Under the pieces are notes generated by a model, which did no database searches, was not told the DNA's origin, and worked only from the letters and a program-made list of their open reading frames with translations. Both the position numbers and the translations under genes were made by a program. Positions 54,890 to 64,000 of a stretch of 64,000 nt of DNA are shown here, in pieces; positions within the stretch are counted from its first letter, which is position 1; every line of letters begins with the position of its first letter. Source of the DNA: an uncultured Granulosicoccaceae bacterium (lineage in GTDB: Bacteria; Pseudomonadota; Gammaproteobacteria; Granulosicoccales; Granulosicoccaceae); assembly GCA_964393885.1 (NCBI GenBank), contig CAYMVV010000014.1, positions 8,111-72,110 on the forward strand, written 5' to 3'.

Positions 54890-56866
54890 ATGCAGCATGC
54901 CGTTCTGCGGAGCAATTGTAGAATCGACTCTGGCAACAGACCATCCAAGCTCTGACTCAACACGATGACAAACATCACGCTCCCATTGCGGATCAATGCG
55001 ACTGACCGCTTTACTGAGACTGTGACCCTGTATCAGTATGACCCCGATATCATTAACTATCTCACTCAGAGATAAATTACTATGAATGTCAACACCCTCG
55101 AGTATCACTGAAGTACCACGTTCATGCTGGCTTTTTAGCAAATAACGAATAAGCGCGTTTGCCATATCAGCGTCGAAGGATAGAATGTCGCGGTCGATCT
55201 TCACGTAGTTTGGCTTCAGGCTATCGAGCCTCGACAACGACGCATTGCCAACACCGAAATCATCAATGGCAAACCGAACACCGGTTAACTCAGCCAACTG
55301 CGTAACCACCGAATGATATTCCTGCAGTTGCTTGCGTGCCTCACTTTGCAGCTCAGGGGTGACTACAGTTTTTTCCGACACTTCCATGATCAGATGACTA
55401 CCCTGCAGCACCGCACTTCTATTCAGCAGCTTGTACAGTAATTCCCGATACCTTGAAGACCTGAGAGTTGCCGGATAAACGTTCAGTGACAACGGCGTTA
55501 TGGTTGTGGAATCTGTTATACCCGAGCGATGCAATTGATCGCTGTAAGCCGTCAGCGTAGTCTCGAGAAGGGTACAGTCGAGCTGCGACTGAAAGCCCAT
55601 TCCCCACAAACTGGCGGTGTTAAAGATTTCGATAGGAGCAGAGTTGGAATCGGCATGCTCTCGTGCCAGTGCTTCGTAAGCGTATATATCAACACGTTGA
55701 GACGCCCTGTCAAACCGAAACATGGGTTCAAAGTGAACACCCAGGTTTTTGAGCTGATTATTAAATATCCGCAGGCGATCCTCATACATATCTTCACTAA
55801 CAAAATGATAGGTACGCTTCAGGGAATCATACACACGGGCTTTAAGCTTCTCGAAGGTTTCGAACCTGGCCCACGCAAGGGCATCATGCAAGGTATTTAT
55901 AACGTTGCTAAGAATTTCAGTCAGTGGATATCGATTAGATCCACGCTCAACCGCTATAAAAACCCCACAGTTTGGCAATCGATCATTTACGATAACCATG
56001 CATTCGATTTCTTTACCGTTGGCTGTTACCAATTGCGGAAGAAAGTTCTGCAAATGTAATGAGCGCCTGCCCAACTGATCAGAGTAACCCGCCAGCGCTT
56101 CTTCCAACACGCTGTGTACCGTGCGCGGCGAGCAGTTATGAACAGGCTGGCAAGAGTCCGCTTCGAATAAATGAAGATCACCGTTTTTGCTACGCAGGTA
56201 GCAGTAGACCATTTCTGCACCCAACACTTGCATCAATGCTTCGGAAAATAGATTTAGATTGCGCCTGCGATCATTCATTCGCATCATCTGCAGTCTGGCA
56301 ATCAACTGCTCGATAAACGTGTCATAAGCGCTCATGTGGCATGGTAACGGATCGACAGCCTCTGCAATTTGCGACGCGGCGGCTACCGGGAGTACCTGTG
56401 GCAGGGGATTAACAGTTACCTGATTTTTGTTGGCGAAATCTATCACCTGCAATTCCAGTGCATTGGTCGCCGCGGTGGTGGCTGCGTTACTCGTCAAATC
56501 CAGCGGCTTTAGGAATGCCAGTGCAGATTCTTCAAACTTGAGGTTTGCATGAGCGAGCACCGGTATCACCAGCGCATCACCACCAACGCTACGTCTCAGC
56601 GCCATAAAGGCCAGCCGTCTTGACCCGGCTGATTCGAGTTCCTGCTGATCAATTACAAATATAAAAATGTTTGCCAGTGCGATAAACGCGTCGTCCAGGT
56701 CTGCCTCATTGGTGTTGTGGAATCGATACGTTCCGATCGCTCCACAATCGGCGAGACGACCCAGCGAGCGCTCGACAGACTGCTCACAATCCGTTTGCTC
56801 ACCGGACCCAAAAACGACAACATTGTTACACCGTGTTAAAACCGGCAGCTCTACTGACTCAAACAT
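54887..56866 (-). CDS. EAL-domain (c-di-GMP phosphodiesterase-type) protein with ~360-aa unassigned N-terminal region
   Basis: 659 aa. C-terminal EAL-domain motifs YEALAR, LNVYP, MEVSE, DDFGVGNASL, KIDRD, LEGV, QG. The N-terminal part has no motif I can assign. Confidence 0.75.
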   Translation of the reverse strand: MFESVELPVLTRCNNVVVFGSGEQTDCEQSVERSLGRLADCGAIGTYRFHNTNEADLDDAFIALANIFIFVIDQQELESAGSRRLAFMALRRSVGGDALVIPVLAHANLKFEESALAFLKPLDLTSNAATTAATNALELQVIDFANKNQVTVNPLPQVLPVAAASQIAEAVDPLPCHMSAYDTFIEQLIARLQMMRMNDRRRNLNLFSEALMQVLGAEMVYCYLRSKNGDLHLFEADSCQPVHNCSPRTVHSVLEEALAGYSDQLGRRSLHLQNFLPQLVTANGKEIECMVIVNDRLPNCGVFIAVERGSNRYPLTEILSNVINTLHDALAWARFETFEKLKARVYDSLKRTYHFVSEDMYEDRLRIFNNQLKNLGVHFEPMFRFDRASQRVDIYAYEALAREHADSNSAPIEIFNTASLWGMGFQSQLDCTLLETTLTAYSDQLHRSGITDSTTITPLSLNVYPATLRSSRYRELLYKLLNRSAVLQGSHLIMEVSEKTVVTPELQSEARKQLQEYHSVVTQLAELTGVRFAIDDFGVGNASLSRLDSLKPNYVKIDRDILSFDADMANALIRYLLKSQHERGTSVILEGVDIHSNLSLSEIVNDIGVILIQGHSLSKAVSRIDPQWERDVCHRVESELGWSVARVDSTIAPQNGMLH

Positions 56867-57212
56867 TCATCACACCCAATTCCTGAAATATTGTTTAGCA
56901 ACGGTTTATTCCATACCGTTTTTGCTCGTCATTCGCGACGTTGACAACGTTGTACCACGATGGCTTCTTTGCTTGCCACCCACCAAATTTTCACAACTTA
57001 AAGTAAGTTCTCACCATTGGGTATGTAAGTAAAAGAAAACTAGTTGTTTCTTTTTATTTACACTTTACATTACGTAGCGGATATATTGCTTGCGCATTTG
57101 CTAATAGATGACTCAACCCAGCGAAGAGACTATCCCTGTAATCTGGCAGGAATAGCAGTCTGGTGCACCCGTCAGAGGCAACCCGTCATTTGCCCGGAGT
57201 TGCAGGAGTGCC

Positions 57213-57250
57213 CATACTGGCAGCGCCTGGACATACTGGCGGCGCCTGGA
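57213..57250. repeat. 19-bp tandem duplication (catactggcagcgcctgga / catactggcggcgcctgga)
   Basis: Read directly; one mismatch. Ends 14 bp before the ATG at 57265. Confidence 0.85.
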
Positions 57251-57264
57251 TTAGAAGAGGTCCT

Positions 57265-58356
57265 ATGACAACATTCAAGATTGCTGTATTCGACGGGGAT
57301 GGCATCGGTCCCGAAATCATGCAACCAACAGTGGATTTGCTCAAACGTGCGACAGCAAATCAAACAGAATTTGACTTGTCATTTTTATCCCTGCCAGCCG
57401 GCGCGGGGCACTATGAGCAAAGTGGTGAATCCCTTCCTGCGGAGTCAGTGCGTGCCGCACGCCAGTGCGATGCCATTTTACTGTCGGCGATGGGATTGCC
57501 ACATATCCGCAAACCCGACGGCACCGAAATGGTGCCGCAAATAGATTTGCGCCTCGAGCTTGGCCTGTATGCCGGCGTGCGGCCGGTTTTCACCTTTCCT
57601 CAAGGCCCCCGGGTGCTGACAGATGAGCGCGCTGCCAACCTCGACTTTGTGCTGGTCAGAGAATCGATCGAGGGTTTGTTTGCGCACAGGGATGAAGGCG
57701 TCGTCGTCGACGATGAGTACGCAACCGAAACCCTGCGCATTACTCGTGAGGTATCAAAAAAGCTCTTTGACTTCAGTTTCCGGCTCGCACAACAACGCGC
57801 CAGTCGACTCAACCGCCCGGGCAAACTGATGTGTATTGATAAGGCCAACGTATTTCGATCTTTCTGGTTTTTTCGCGAAATTTTCTATGAGTGTGCCGCG
57901 GATTATCCCGACATTGAACCAAGCGCGATGTACGTCGATGCTGCAGCAATGAAGATGGTTCAGTCTCCGTGGGACTTTGACGTGATGGTGACCGAAAACA
58001 TGTTTGGTGACATTTTGTCTGATCTTGGCGCGGGCTTGATGGGAAGTCTCGGGCTTGCACCATCGGCTGATATCGGACTTGATCACGCAGTTTTTCAGCC
58101 CTGTCATGGCAGCGCTCCGGATATCGCTGGCAAGGGGTTGGCCAACCCGTCCGCCATGGTGCTTTCCGCCGCGATGATGCTTGAATATCTGGGTGACAAC
58201 AAGCAATGCGAGGCCGCTGCAAGCTGTGGTGAACGTCTGCGTAATGCTGTTATGCAGGCCACCGGCAAGGAAAAAGGTAGAGGCCGCGACATTGGCGGCA
58301 ATGCCAGCACCGACGACATAGCAAGCACAATACAGGACTGCCTCGCCACGAGCTAA
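57265..58356 (+). CDS. Isocitrate/isopropylmalate dehydrogenase-family enzyme (tartrate/3-isopropylmalate dehydrogenase-like)
   Basis: Start moved to MTTFKIAVFDGDGIGPEIM. NMFGDILSD and GSAPDIAGKGLANP motifs. Confidence 0.8.
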   Translation: MTTFKIAVFDGDGIGPEIMQPTVDLLKRATANQTEFDLSFLSLPAGAGHYEQSGESLPAESVRAARQCDAILLSAMGLPHIRKPDGTEMVPQIDLRLELGLYAGVRPVFTFPQGPRVLTDERAANLDFVLVRESIEGLFAHRDEGVVVDDEYATETLRITREVSKKLFDFSFRLAQQRASRLNRPGKLMCIDKANVFRSFWFFREIFYECAADYPDIEPSAMYVDAAAMKMVQSPWDFDVMVTENMFGDILSDLGAGLMGSLGLAPSADIGLDHAVFQPCHGSAPDIAGKGLANPSAMVLSAAMMLEYLGDNKQCEAAASCGERLRNAVMQATGKEKGRGRDIGGNASTDDIASTIQDCLATS

Positions 58357-58490
58357 GCTGGACCTTTCATGAAATCAATGGCATTTCACTTGATCCTGGG
58401 TTCCACAGTCTCGTGTTGTGTAAAGCGTTTTCTTTTGCAACCAGCAGTGAGTATTCTGCGCGCCACCGCATGAATAAACCGGGCTAAACA

Positions 58491-59543
58491 ATGAAGAAAA
58501 AGCTACGGGTAGTAGCGGTGGGTGCCGGCTACTTTGCCCAATTTCATTTGCGTGCCTGGCAACGCCTGGACAATGCAGAGTTGATCGGCATCGTTGAAAA
58601 CGATGTATCAGCCCATGCGTCTTTGCAACAGAATTATACTGACGTAAAAATATTTGAAACCCTGCAAGACGCACTGACATCCGACAGCGGATCAGTGGAC
58701 ATTATTGACATCATCACCCCTCCGGCATCACATCTGACACTCATTGAACAGGTATGCGCCTGTTGTGTACAAGCACAGACAAGCTGCACAATCATTTGCC
58801 AGAAACCTTTTTGCGAAAGCCTGTCTCAGGCACAACTGGCTGTCGCACGGGCCGAACAACACAATCAAACGCTGATCGTGCATGAGAACTTTCGCTTTCA
58901 GCCCTGGTACAAACAAATCAAGGCAATCATAGACGAAGGCAGACTCGGTACAATCTATAACGCACAATTCAAATTGAGACCCGGAGACGGACAAGGCCCT
59001 GACGCCTACCTGGACAGGCAGCCCTATTTCCGGGATATGCCAAAGTTCATGATCCATGAAACAGGCATTCACTGGGTTGACGTATTTCGTTTTTTATTTG
59101 GAGAGCCTTGCGCGGTGTACGCTGATCTGCAGAAACTGAACCCGGTGATCAGCGGTGAGGACACTGGTTATTTTGTATTTCACTACCCTTCAGGTCTAAG
59201 AGCGCATTTCGACGGCAACAGATTGCTGGATCACGCAGCAGGAAATACCCGGCTAACACTGGGTACGCTGTCGATAGAGGGATCGGAAGCCAGTCTGTCA
59301 CTGGATGGCTATGGACAAATTCATTTGCGGCGACGCGGCGAACCAGCCAGTCAACAGCACCGCTATCACTTCGATGACACCGACTTCGGTGGCGACTGTG
59401 TCTACCTGTTACAGCAGCATGTGGTTGAGCATTTAATCAACGATGCTCCTGTGCAAAATACCGCGGCAGCGTATCTGGTCAACATTGAACTGGAAACAGC
59501 AATCTATGAATCAGCAGCATCACAATCACTGCGTATGATTTAA
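58491..59543 (+). CDS. Gfo/Idh/MocA-family oxidoreductase
   Basis: 350 aa. N-terminal Rossmann motif KLRVVAVGAGYFAQFHLRAW and EKP-like QKPF segment. Confidence 0.75.
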   Translation: MKKKLRVVAVGAGYFAQFHLRAWQRLDNAELIGIVENDVSAHASLQQNYTDVKIFETLQDALTSDSGSVDIIDIITPPASHLTLIEQVCACCVQAQTSCTIICQKPFCESLSQAQLAVARAEQHNQTLIVHENFRFQPWYKQIKAIIDEGRLGTIYNAQFKLRPGDGQGPDAYLDRQPYFRDMPKFMIHETGIHWVDVFRFLFGEPCAVYADLQKLNPVISGEDTGYFVFHYPSGLRAHFDGNRLLDHAAGNTRLTLGTLSIEGSEASLSLDGYGQIHLRRRGEPASQQHRYHFDDTDFGGDCVYLLQQHVVEHLINDAPVQNTAAAYLVNIELETAIYESAASQSLRMI

Positions 59544-59622
59544 TAAGCAAAAAACTACAGATATAGAACCACACATCAACCGGTTATATACGTCAATCCA
59601 AACGATACGGAGTAACATCACG

Positions 59623-60426
59623 ATGGCTGATCTATGGGAAATATACGCCTTAAAGTACGCCGAGCGCGGTGGTCGAACTCGCAATGAATCTTTTCTTTTC
59701 GACGACAATCACAGCGCACCACATGATATGGACTATTTCATCTGGTTGCTGAAGAACGGCTCGCGAACCATCCTCATCGATACCGGTTACGACAGCAAGG
59801 AGGGAGTGGCGCGCAAACGTCCGGTAACTGAAGAGCCGGCAGAGTTACTGAAAAGATTTGGCGTGCAACCGGACACGATTGACACAGTGATCATAACGCA
59901 CCTGCACTACGATCATGCTGGCAACCTGACGGCTTTCCCCAACGCCCGATTTCATCTTCAGGAACAGGAGATGAGCTATGCGACCGGCCCGTGTATGTGC
60001 CACGATGTACTGCGATACCCGTTCACTGGCGAGCACGTTTGCGATATGGTCCGCCACTTGTTCTCCGGCAGAGTGGTTTTTCATCAAGGTGCCGGTCAGG
60101 TTGCACCGGGTGTTGAAGTACATTTGCTCGGGGGACATAGCCGGGGACTGCAATGCGTCAGAGTCAACACCAGTCGCGGACAGGTGGTACTGGCATCAGA
60201 TGCGAGCCACTACTACGAGAATTTCCTAACCGGCAAAGCGTTTCCTATAGTGGTCGACATGGAAAACATGTTGAGCGGATTTGGCCGATTGAAAACACTG
60301 GCAAGTTCGATCGACCATATCATTCCGGGACACGACCCTCTGGTGCGTCAGTACTACCCGTCAGTTTTTGGCAATGACGACACTATTGTGCGTCTGGACG
60401 TCGCACCAACCTCAACTGTCGTCTGA
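59623..60426 (+). CDS. MBL-fold metallo-hydrolase (N-acyl-homoserine-lactonase-like)
   Basis: 267 aa. HxHxDH motif in ITHLHYDHAGN and downstream His/Asp ligands (GGHSRG, SDASH, PGHD). Confidence 0.75.
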   Translation: MADLWEIYALKYAERGGRTRNESFLFDDNHSAPHDMDYFIWLLKNGSRTILIDTGYDSKEGVARKRPVTEEPAELLKRFGVQPDTIDTVIITHLHYDHAGNLTAFPNARFHLQEQEMSYATGPCMCHDVLRYPFTGEHVCDMVRHLFSGRVVFHQGAGQVAPGVEVHLLGGHSRGLQCVRVNTSRGQVVLASDASHYYENFLTGKAFPIVVDMENMLSGFGRLKTLASSIDHIIPGHDPLVRQYYPSVFGNDDTIVRLDVAPTSTVV

Positions 60427-60612
60427 GTCTACAATCTGCCGGCGCCGGGAGTCTGCACAGCGGCTATACTGATTGGGGTAAATCCACCCTGATCATTGCT
60501 ACCATACAGGTGATTCAAACCTCAGATTCAGCTCCCAAATAACATCGGTTGTGTTATTATCGCCCGCCGAGTCTGCTGACGAATTTACTCAAGCCGCATC
60601 AGAGCCTGAAAC

Positions 60613-60945
60613 ATGCCGAAAGAACACGTTTATCGCGTACGATTTGTTAGTCAGGACAAGATCTACGAACTGTATGCCAAAGATGCATTTCAGGGCGAAC
60701 TCTACGGCTTTGTGGTACTGGAAGATCTGTTGTTTGATGAGCATACGACGGTGGTTGTCGACCCGTCTGAAGAAAAACTGAAAAGCGAATTTGAAGGCGT
60801 TGCTCGTACTATAATACCAATGCACGCCGTCATCAGGATTGACGAAGTTGAAAAACGCGGCACGCCAAAGATTGCCGAAATGGCGGACAATGTCGCCTCT
60901 TTCCCTTCACCCATTTATACGCCACGCGGTAGCGAAGGCAAGTAG
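60613..60945 (+). CDS. DUF1820-family protein
   Basis: 110 aa. [18 protein letters not shown]...[16 protein letters not shown]...[14 protein letters not shown] matches my recollection of DUF1820 proteins. Confidence 0.6.
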   Translation: MPKEHVYRVRFVSQDKIYELYAKDAFQGELYGFVVLEDLLFDEHTTVVVDPSEEKLKSEFEGVARTIIPMHAVIRIDEVEKRGTPKIAEMADNVASFPSPIYTPRGSEGK

Positions 60946-61038
60946 CTGTAAAGGGCAGAATACGCAGGTAAAAGTGCGTATATAATAATGCCTCTATAAA
61001 TACGTGCTGGCGCACTGACTGCCAGACAACCAGGTTCC

Positions 61039-61128
61039 GGAGAGGTGTCCGAGTGGCTGAAGGAGCACGCCTGGAAAGTGTGTATACGTTTACGCGTATC
61101 GAGGGTTCGAATCCCTCTCTCTCCGCCA
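61039..61128 (+). tRNA. tRNA-Ser (anticodon GGA)
   Basis: GGAGAGGTGTCCGAGTGGCTGAAGGAGCACGCCTGGAAAGTGTG...GAGGGTTCGAATCCCTCTCTCTCCGCCA. It folds as a class II tRNA with a long variable arm and encoded CCA. Nearly identical to E. coli serW/serX as I remember them. Confidence 0.9.
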
Positions 61129-61134
61129 AAAATT

Positions 61135-61167
61135 GCCCGACTGACTTTTCAGCCGGGCTTTTTTTTG
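61135..61167 (+). terminator. Rho-independent terminator after tRNA-Ser
   Basis: Stem gcccgactga / tcagccgggc (9 of 10 paired), loop cttt, then a T9 run. Confidence 0.75.
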
Positions 61168-61254
61168 CCTGACAGTGTTAACTATGGGCTTAACCATCTA
61201 TGCACCCCGCTATACAAACCCGCGCTACAAGATAGCCGCGTGCGTAATCAGTAA

Positions 61255-62295
61255 TTACCTGCGCCCAACCCGACGACGAGCACCCGCTCCGCGATGCATA
61301 TCACGCGACGCAGCACCACGGGCAGGACCGTGCTTGCGCGCTCTGTTTCGCGAAGGTGTCTCTGGCACAAGCTTCAACTGTGATCCGCCGTCTGCGGCAT
61401 CGAGGCCATGCGCATTCCCTGAACGATTTCCGGTCACTTTATCGCCCTTTTGCATTTCCGGTTTAAAGCCTTGTTTTGGGCTTTGCTTTTGGCTTTGTCG
61501 GGCGCCGGTATCCACACGGCCACCACCCTTGTAACCGGAACTCGGTTTGATCGAGCGCAGACCGGTCATTTTCTGTAACTCGGTAACCAGATGTTCGCTG
61601 ACATCGACGAACTTGCCCGCCCTGACATAACCGGGTAGCTCTACCGGCCCATAGCGCACCCGAATAAGCCGACTCACCTGATAGCCAAGCGATGTCCACA
61701 TTCTTCGAACTTCACGATTTCTGCCTTCGCTGAGAACAACTCGGAACCACTGATTGTTCTCGGTGCCTCCATCGAACCAGCAGCGTTGAAACCGGGCTAA
61801 GCCGTCTTCCAGTTCAATACCTTCCTGCAGAGCTTTCAAGTGCTCTTCGCTCACCGGACCTCTGATCCGACAGGAATATTCGCGCTCTATTTCCGAGGAT
61901 GGATGCATTAACTTATGCGCGAGATCACCACTGGTGGTAAACAACAACAAACCACTGGTGTTGATGTCCAGCCGACCTACAGCGATCCAGCGCGAATCTT
62001 TCAGTCGTGGCAAATGCTCGAAAACGGTGGGGCGGTTTTGCTCATCAGAACGAGTCGTGACGCGGCCCTCTGGCTTATGGTAGGCAATTAACCTGAAATC
62101 CGGATTGGCGGATAAAACCACTCGGTAACGCCGCTGGCCGTAGCGGATTCTGTCACCCACTGCGGCACGATCCCCGAGTTTTGCCAACTGCGCGTTCAGA
62201 TAGACCTCACCTCCTGTTATATCCGCCTCCAGCGAGCGTCGCGAACCCAAACCGGCACGCGCCATTAGTTTTTGCAGACGCTCGGACATAGTCAA
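61255..62295 (-). CDS. rluB: 23S rRNA pseudouridine synthase RluB with Arg/Gly-rich C-terminal tail
   Basis: 346 aa. S4 domain (ERLQKLMARAGLGSRR), catalytic GRLDINTSGLLLFT, basic tail. Confidence 0.8.
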   Translation of the reverse strand: MTMSERLQKLMARAGLGSRRSLEADITGGEVYLNAQLAKLGDRAAVGDRIRYGQRRYRVVLSANPDFRLIAYHKPEGRVTTRSDEQNRPTVFEHLPRLKDSRWIAVGRLDINTSGLLLFTTSGDLAHKLMHPSSEIEREYSCRIRGPVSEEHLKALQEGIELEDGLARFQRCWFDGGTENNQWFRVVLSEGRNREVRRMWTSLGYQVSRLIRVRYGPVELPGYVRAGKFVDVSEHLVTELQKMTGLRSIKPSSGYKGGGRVDTGARQSQKQSPKQGFKPEMQKGDKVTGNRSGNAHGLDAADGGSQLKLVPETPSRNRARKHGPARGAASRDMHRGAGARRRVGRR

Positions 62296-62415
62296 TGATG
62301 ATCTCGTTGTGATGACAATTTTGCGCTCTAACGCAGATCCACAATAATACAGTAGACTAACAGTCGTCAGGTATTATAAACCCAATCAACCTAAAATTAC
62401 GTTCGGACCCAGCTC

Positions 62416-62934
62416 ATGAGTGATTCCGCTCAATTTAAATCTTTAAACATCGCCGTTCTGACTGTCTCTGATTCCCGTACAGAAACAGATGACAAATCCG
62501 GCAACTGGCTAAAGCAGGCAGTCGAAGAAACCGGCCATCAGTGTGTCGACAAAGCCATTGTCAAAGACGATATCTATCAGATAAGAGCGGCCGTCAGCCA
62601 CTGGATAGCCAATCCAGAAATAGACGTGGTGTTAAGTACCGGAGGTACTGGTGTGACCGGTCGCGATGGCACACCGGAGGCTATTGCACCCCTGCTGGAC
62701 AAGGAGATCGAGGGCTTTGGAGAGATGTTCAGAGTATTGTCGTATGAGGATATAAAAACCTCCACACTGCAATCCAGAGCACTGGCAGGCGTTGCTAATG
62801 CGACTTACCTCTTTGTACTGCCAGGTTCCCCGAGTGCCTGTAAAACAGCATGGTCAAAGCTCATATCCGAACAACTGGACAATCGCACCCGCCCGTGCAA
62901 CCTCGTTATGCTAATGCCCAGGCTTAAAGAGTAA
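62416..62934 (+). CDS. moaB: Molybdenum cofactor biosynthesis protein B
   Basis: 172 aa. MoCF_biosynth motifs VLSTGGTGVTGRDGTPEA and LPGSPSA. Confidence 0.8.
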   Translation: MSDSAQFKSLNIAVLTVSDSRTETDDKSGNWLKQAVEETGHQCVDKAIVKDDIYQIRAAVSHWIANPEIDVVLSTGGTGVTGRDGTPEAIAPLLDKEIEGFGEMFRVLSYEDIKTSTLQSRALAGVANATYLFVLPGSPSACKTAWSKLISEQLDNRTRPCNLVMLMPRLKE

Positions 62935-63000
62935 GTGCGGCTGATGCACAGGTAAGCAAGCGTCTTTTTTTCAACGATTAAATTCAATAGCATTGTCGCA

Positions 63001-63828
63001 CTACCACCCGCGACGATCCTTAACCAACTCGTATGCCGCTTTTATGGATTGAGTTTTCTCCGTGGCAATTTTAATCATCTCTGGCGGCAAACCTTTCGCC
63101 ACCAGTTTGTCCGGGTGGTGCTGACTCATTAGTTTTCGATACGCACGCTTTGTTGCATTTTTATCTGCGTTTTTATCTATACCCAGTAACTGATAAGCCT
63201 CAGACAGAGAAAGCCCCATAGACTGATCCGGCTTTTTAGTTTGACTAGACCCCGCACCCGGACCCGCTTTTATTCCGGCACGCACCAGAATCTCCATTTG
63301 CCGCAGCATAAACTTCGGAAATTTCAGCGTCTCGCAAATCTCCCCGAGCAACTTCTCTTCAGCCGGATGGAGTGTGCCGTCGGCATAGACCGCATGCAGC
63401 TGAATTTCTACAAACATACGCATCAGGTTGGTACGCCTGCGGCACTCGATGCGAAATTGTTCGACGACAGCTTTTACATCGTAGGAGGGATCTTTGCCTT
63501 GCTCAAACAGATCTATCGCCACGCGTTTTTGCTCTGGCGTTAATTGCATCTGGCTCATGACGCTTTCCGCCATCCTGATTTCATCACTGGTGACCCTGCC
63601 ATCCGCCTTTGCCAGGTGCCCCATGGTGGCAAACGTCGCTGTGAAAAAAGTAGCCTGAACACGCTCCTGTGTACCGGGGGACATATCCTCGGCATCTTCA
63701 TGAGCAAGACGCTTGAGTCCGGCATCAAAGTTATGTCCGAGCACAGCACCAATCAATCCGCCAATAGGTCCTCCGATTAAAAAACCAAAGCCACCTCCCA
63801 GCAACTTACCCCACCAATTCATACTCAA
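63001..63828 (-). CDS. djlA: Co-chaperone DjlA (TM + TerB-like + J domain)
   Basis: 275 aa. Gly-rich N-terminal TM helix (LLGGGFGFLIGGPIGGLIGAVLG) and C-terminal J domain with HHPDK. Confidence 0.85.
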   Translation of the reverse strand: MSMNWWGKLLGGGFGFLIGGPIGGLIGAVLGHNFDAGLKRLAHEDAEDMSPGTQERVQATFFTATFATMGHLAKADGRVTSDEIRMAESVMSQMQLTPEQKRVAIDLFEQGKDPSYDVKAVVEQFRIECRRRTNLMRMFVEIQLHAVYADGTLHPAEEKLLGEICETLKFPKFMLRQMEILVRAGIKAGPGAGSSQTKKPDQSMGLSLSEAYQLLGIDKNADKNATKRAYRKLMSQHHPDKLVAKGLPPEMIKIATEKTQSIKAAYELVKDRRGW

Positions 63829-63948
63829 TCTCTTTGCTTATCAATCTACGCTATCGTTTACGCTTGCCAGTCGCACTTGCATTGTATGCCTGCAGGCTGC
63901 GCTGGTGTTCCAGACAGGGTATCGACGGTTTAAACCGTTTAAGTGCGC

Positions 63949-64000
63949 TCACGATTCAATCACATCGACCAGCTCGCGAAGCATAGCGGTCGCGTATACG
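63949..64000 (-). CDS. 3' end (17 codons) of an unidentified gene entering from beyond the window
   Basis: The reverse-strand frame reads ...VYATAMLRELVDVIES then TGA at 63951-63949. It is followed by the palindrome acggtttaaaccgt. Too short to identify. Confidence 0.25.
   Translation of the reverse strand, partial: VYATAMLRELVDVIES

Noticed and set aside
1445-57250. Considered whether any of the tandem arrays (1445-1540, 7981-8016, 34921-34976, 41912-41966, 54859-54889, 57213-57250) could be a CRISPR array.
   Set aside because: The units are 7-19 bp and directly abutting, with no spacers. No cas genes are in the window.
62296-62415. Checked the moaB leader for a molybdenum-cofactor riboswitch. 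Also checked the HupE/DUF4198 region for NiCo or cobalamin riboswitches.
   Set aside because: The spacers are too short or lack the conserved motifs as I remember them, and no supporting secondary structure was seen.

Overview
This window looks like a gammaproteobacterial chromosome. The tRNA-Ser(GGA) is close to my memory of the E. coli sequence. Conserved neighbourhoods are recR-ybaB-dnaX-ffs and phoBR-pstSCAB-phoU. I see no rRNA, CRISPR array, integrase or transposase.

Layout:
- 1-5 kb: pqiABC-like lipid-transport operon.
- 5-15.6 kb: loosely organised accessory enzymes. These include a luciferase-like monooxygenase/GST/hydrolase/SnoaL operon, a fatty-acid hydroxylase, an FAD oxidoreductase and a secreted endostatin-like protein.
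- 15.7-27.5 kb: defence island built on a type I restriction-modification operon.
- 27.7-34.8 kb: cytochrome P460 gene and a MarR-linked RND efflux operon.
- 35-41.6 kb: HupE/DUF4198 metal-uptake pair, a GWGW-repeat secreted protein, an MsrA-like gene, an EamA transporter and ttcA.
- 42-64 kb: housekeeping genes and the Pho regulon, an EAL protein, a small dehydrogenase/lactonase cluster, tRNA-Ser, rluB, moaB and djlA.

Best candidate for an undescribed system: the accessory genes attached to the type I R-M operon. A Schlafen/AlbA_2-HATPase_c_4 gene sits between hsdM and hsdS. A DUF45 metallopeptidase is translationally coupled to hsdR. Most notably, a terminal HNH-nuclease gene is tightly linked to a 423-aa four-helix membrane protein with no family I can recognise (25.4-27.5 kb).

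Other structure: two families of palindromic MITE-like elements sit inside operons (recR/ybaB, phoB/phoR, marR/efflux). There are also several short tandem arrays.

All calls come from reading the supplied translations and the DNA by eye. No searches were run.
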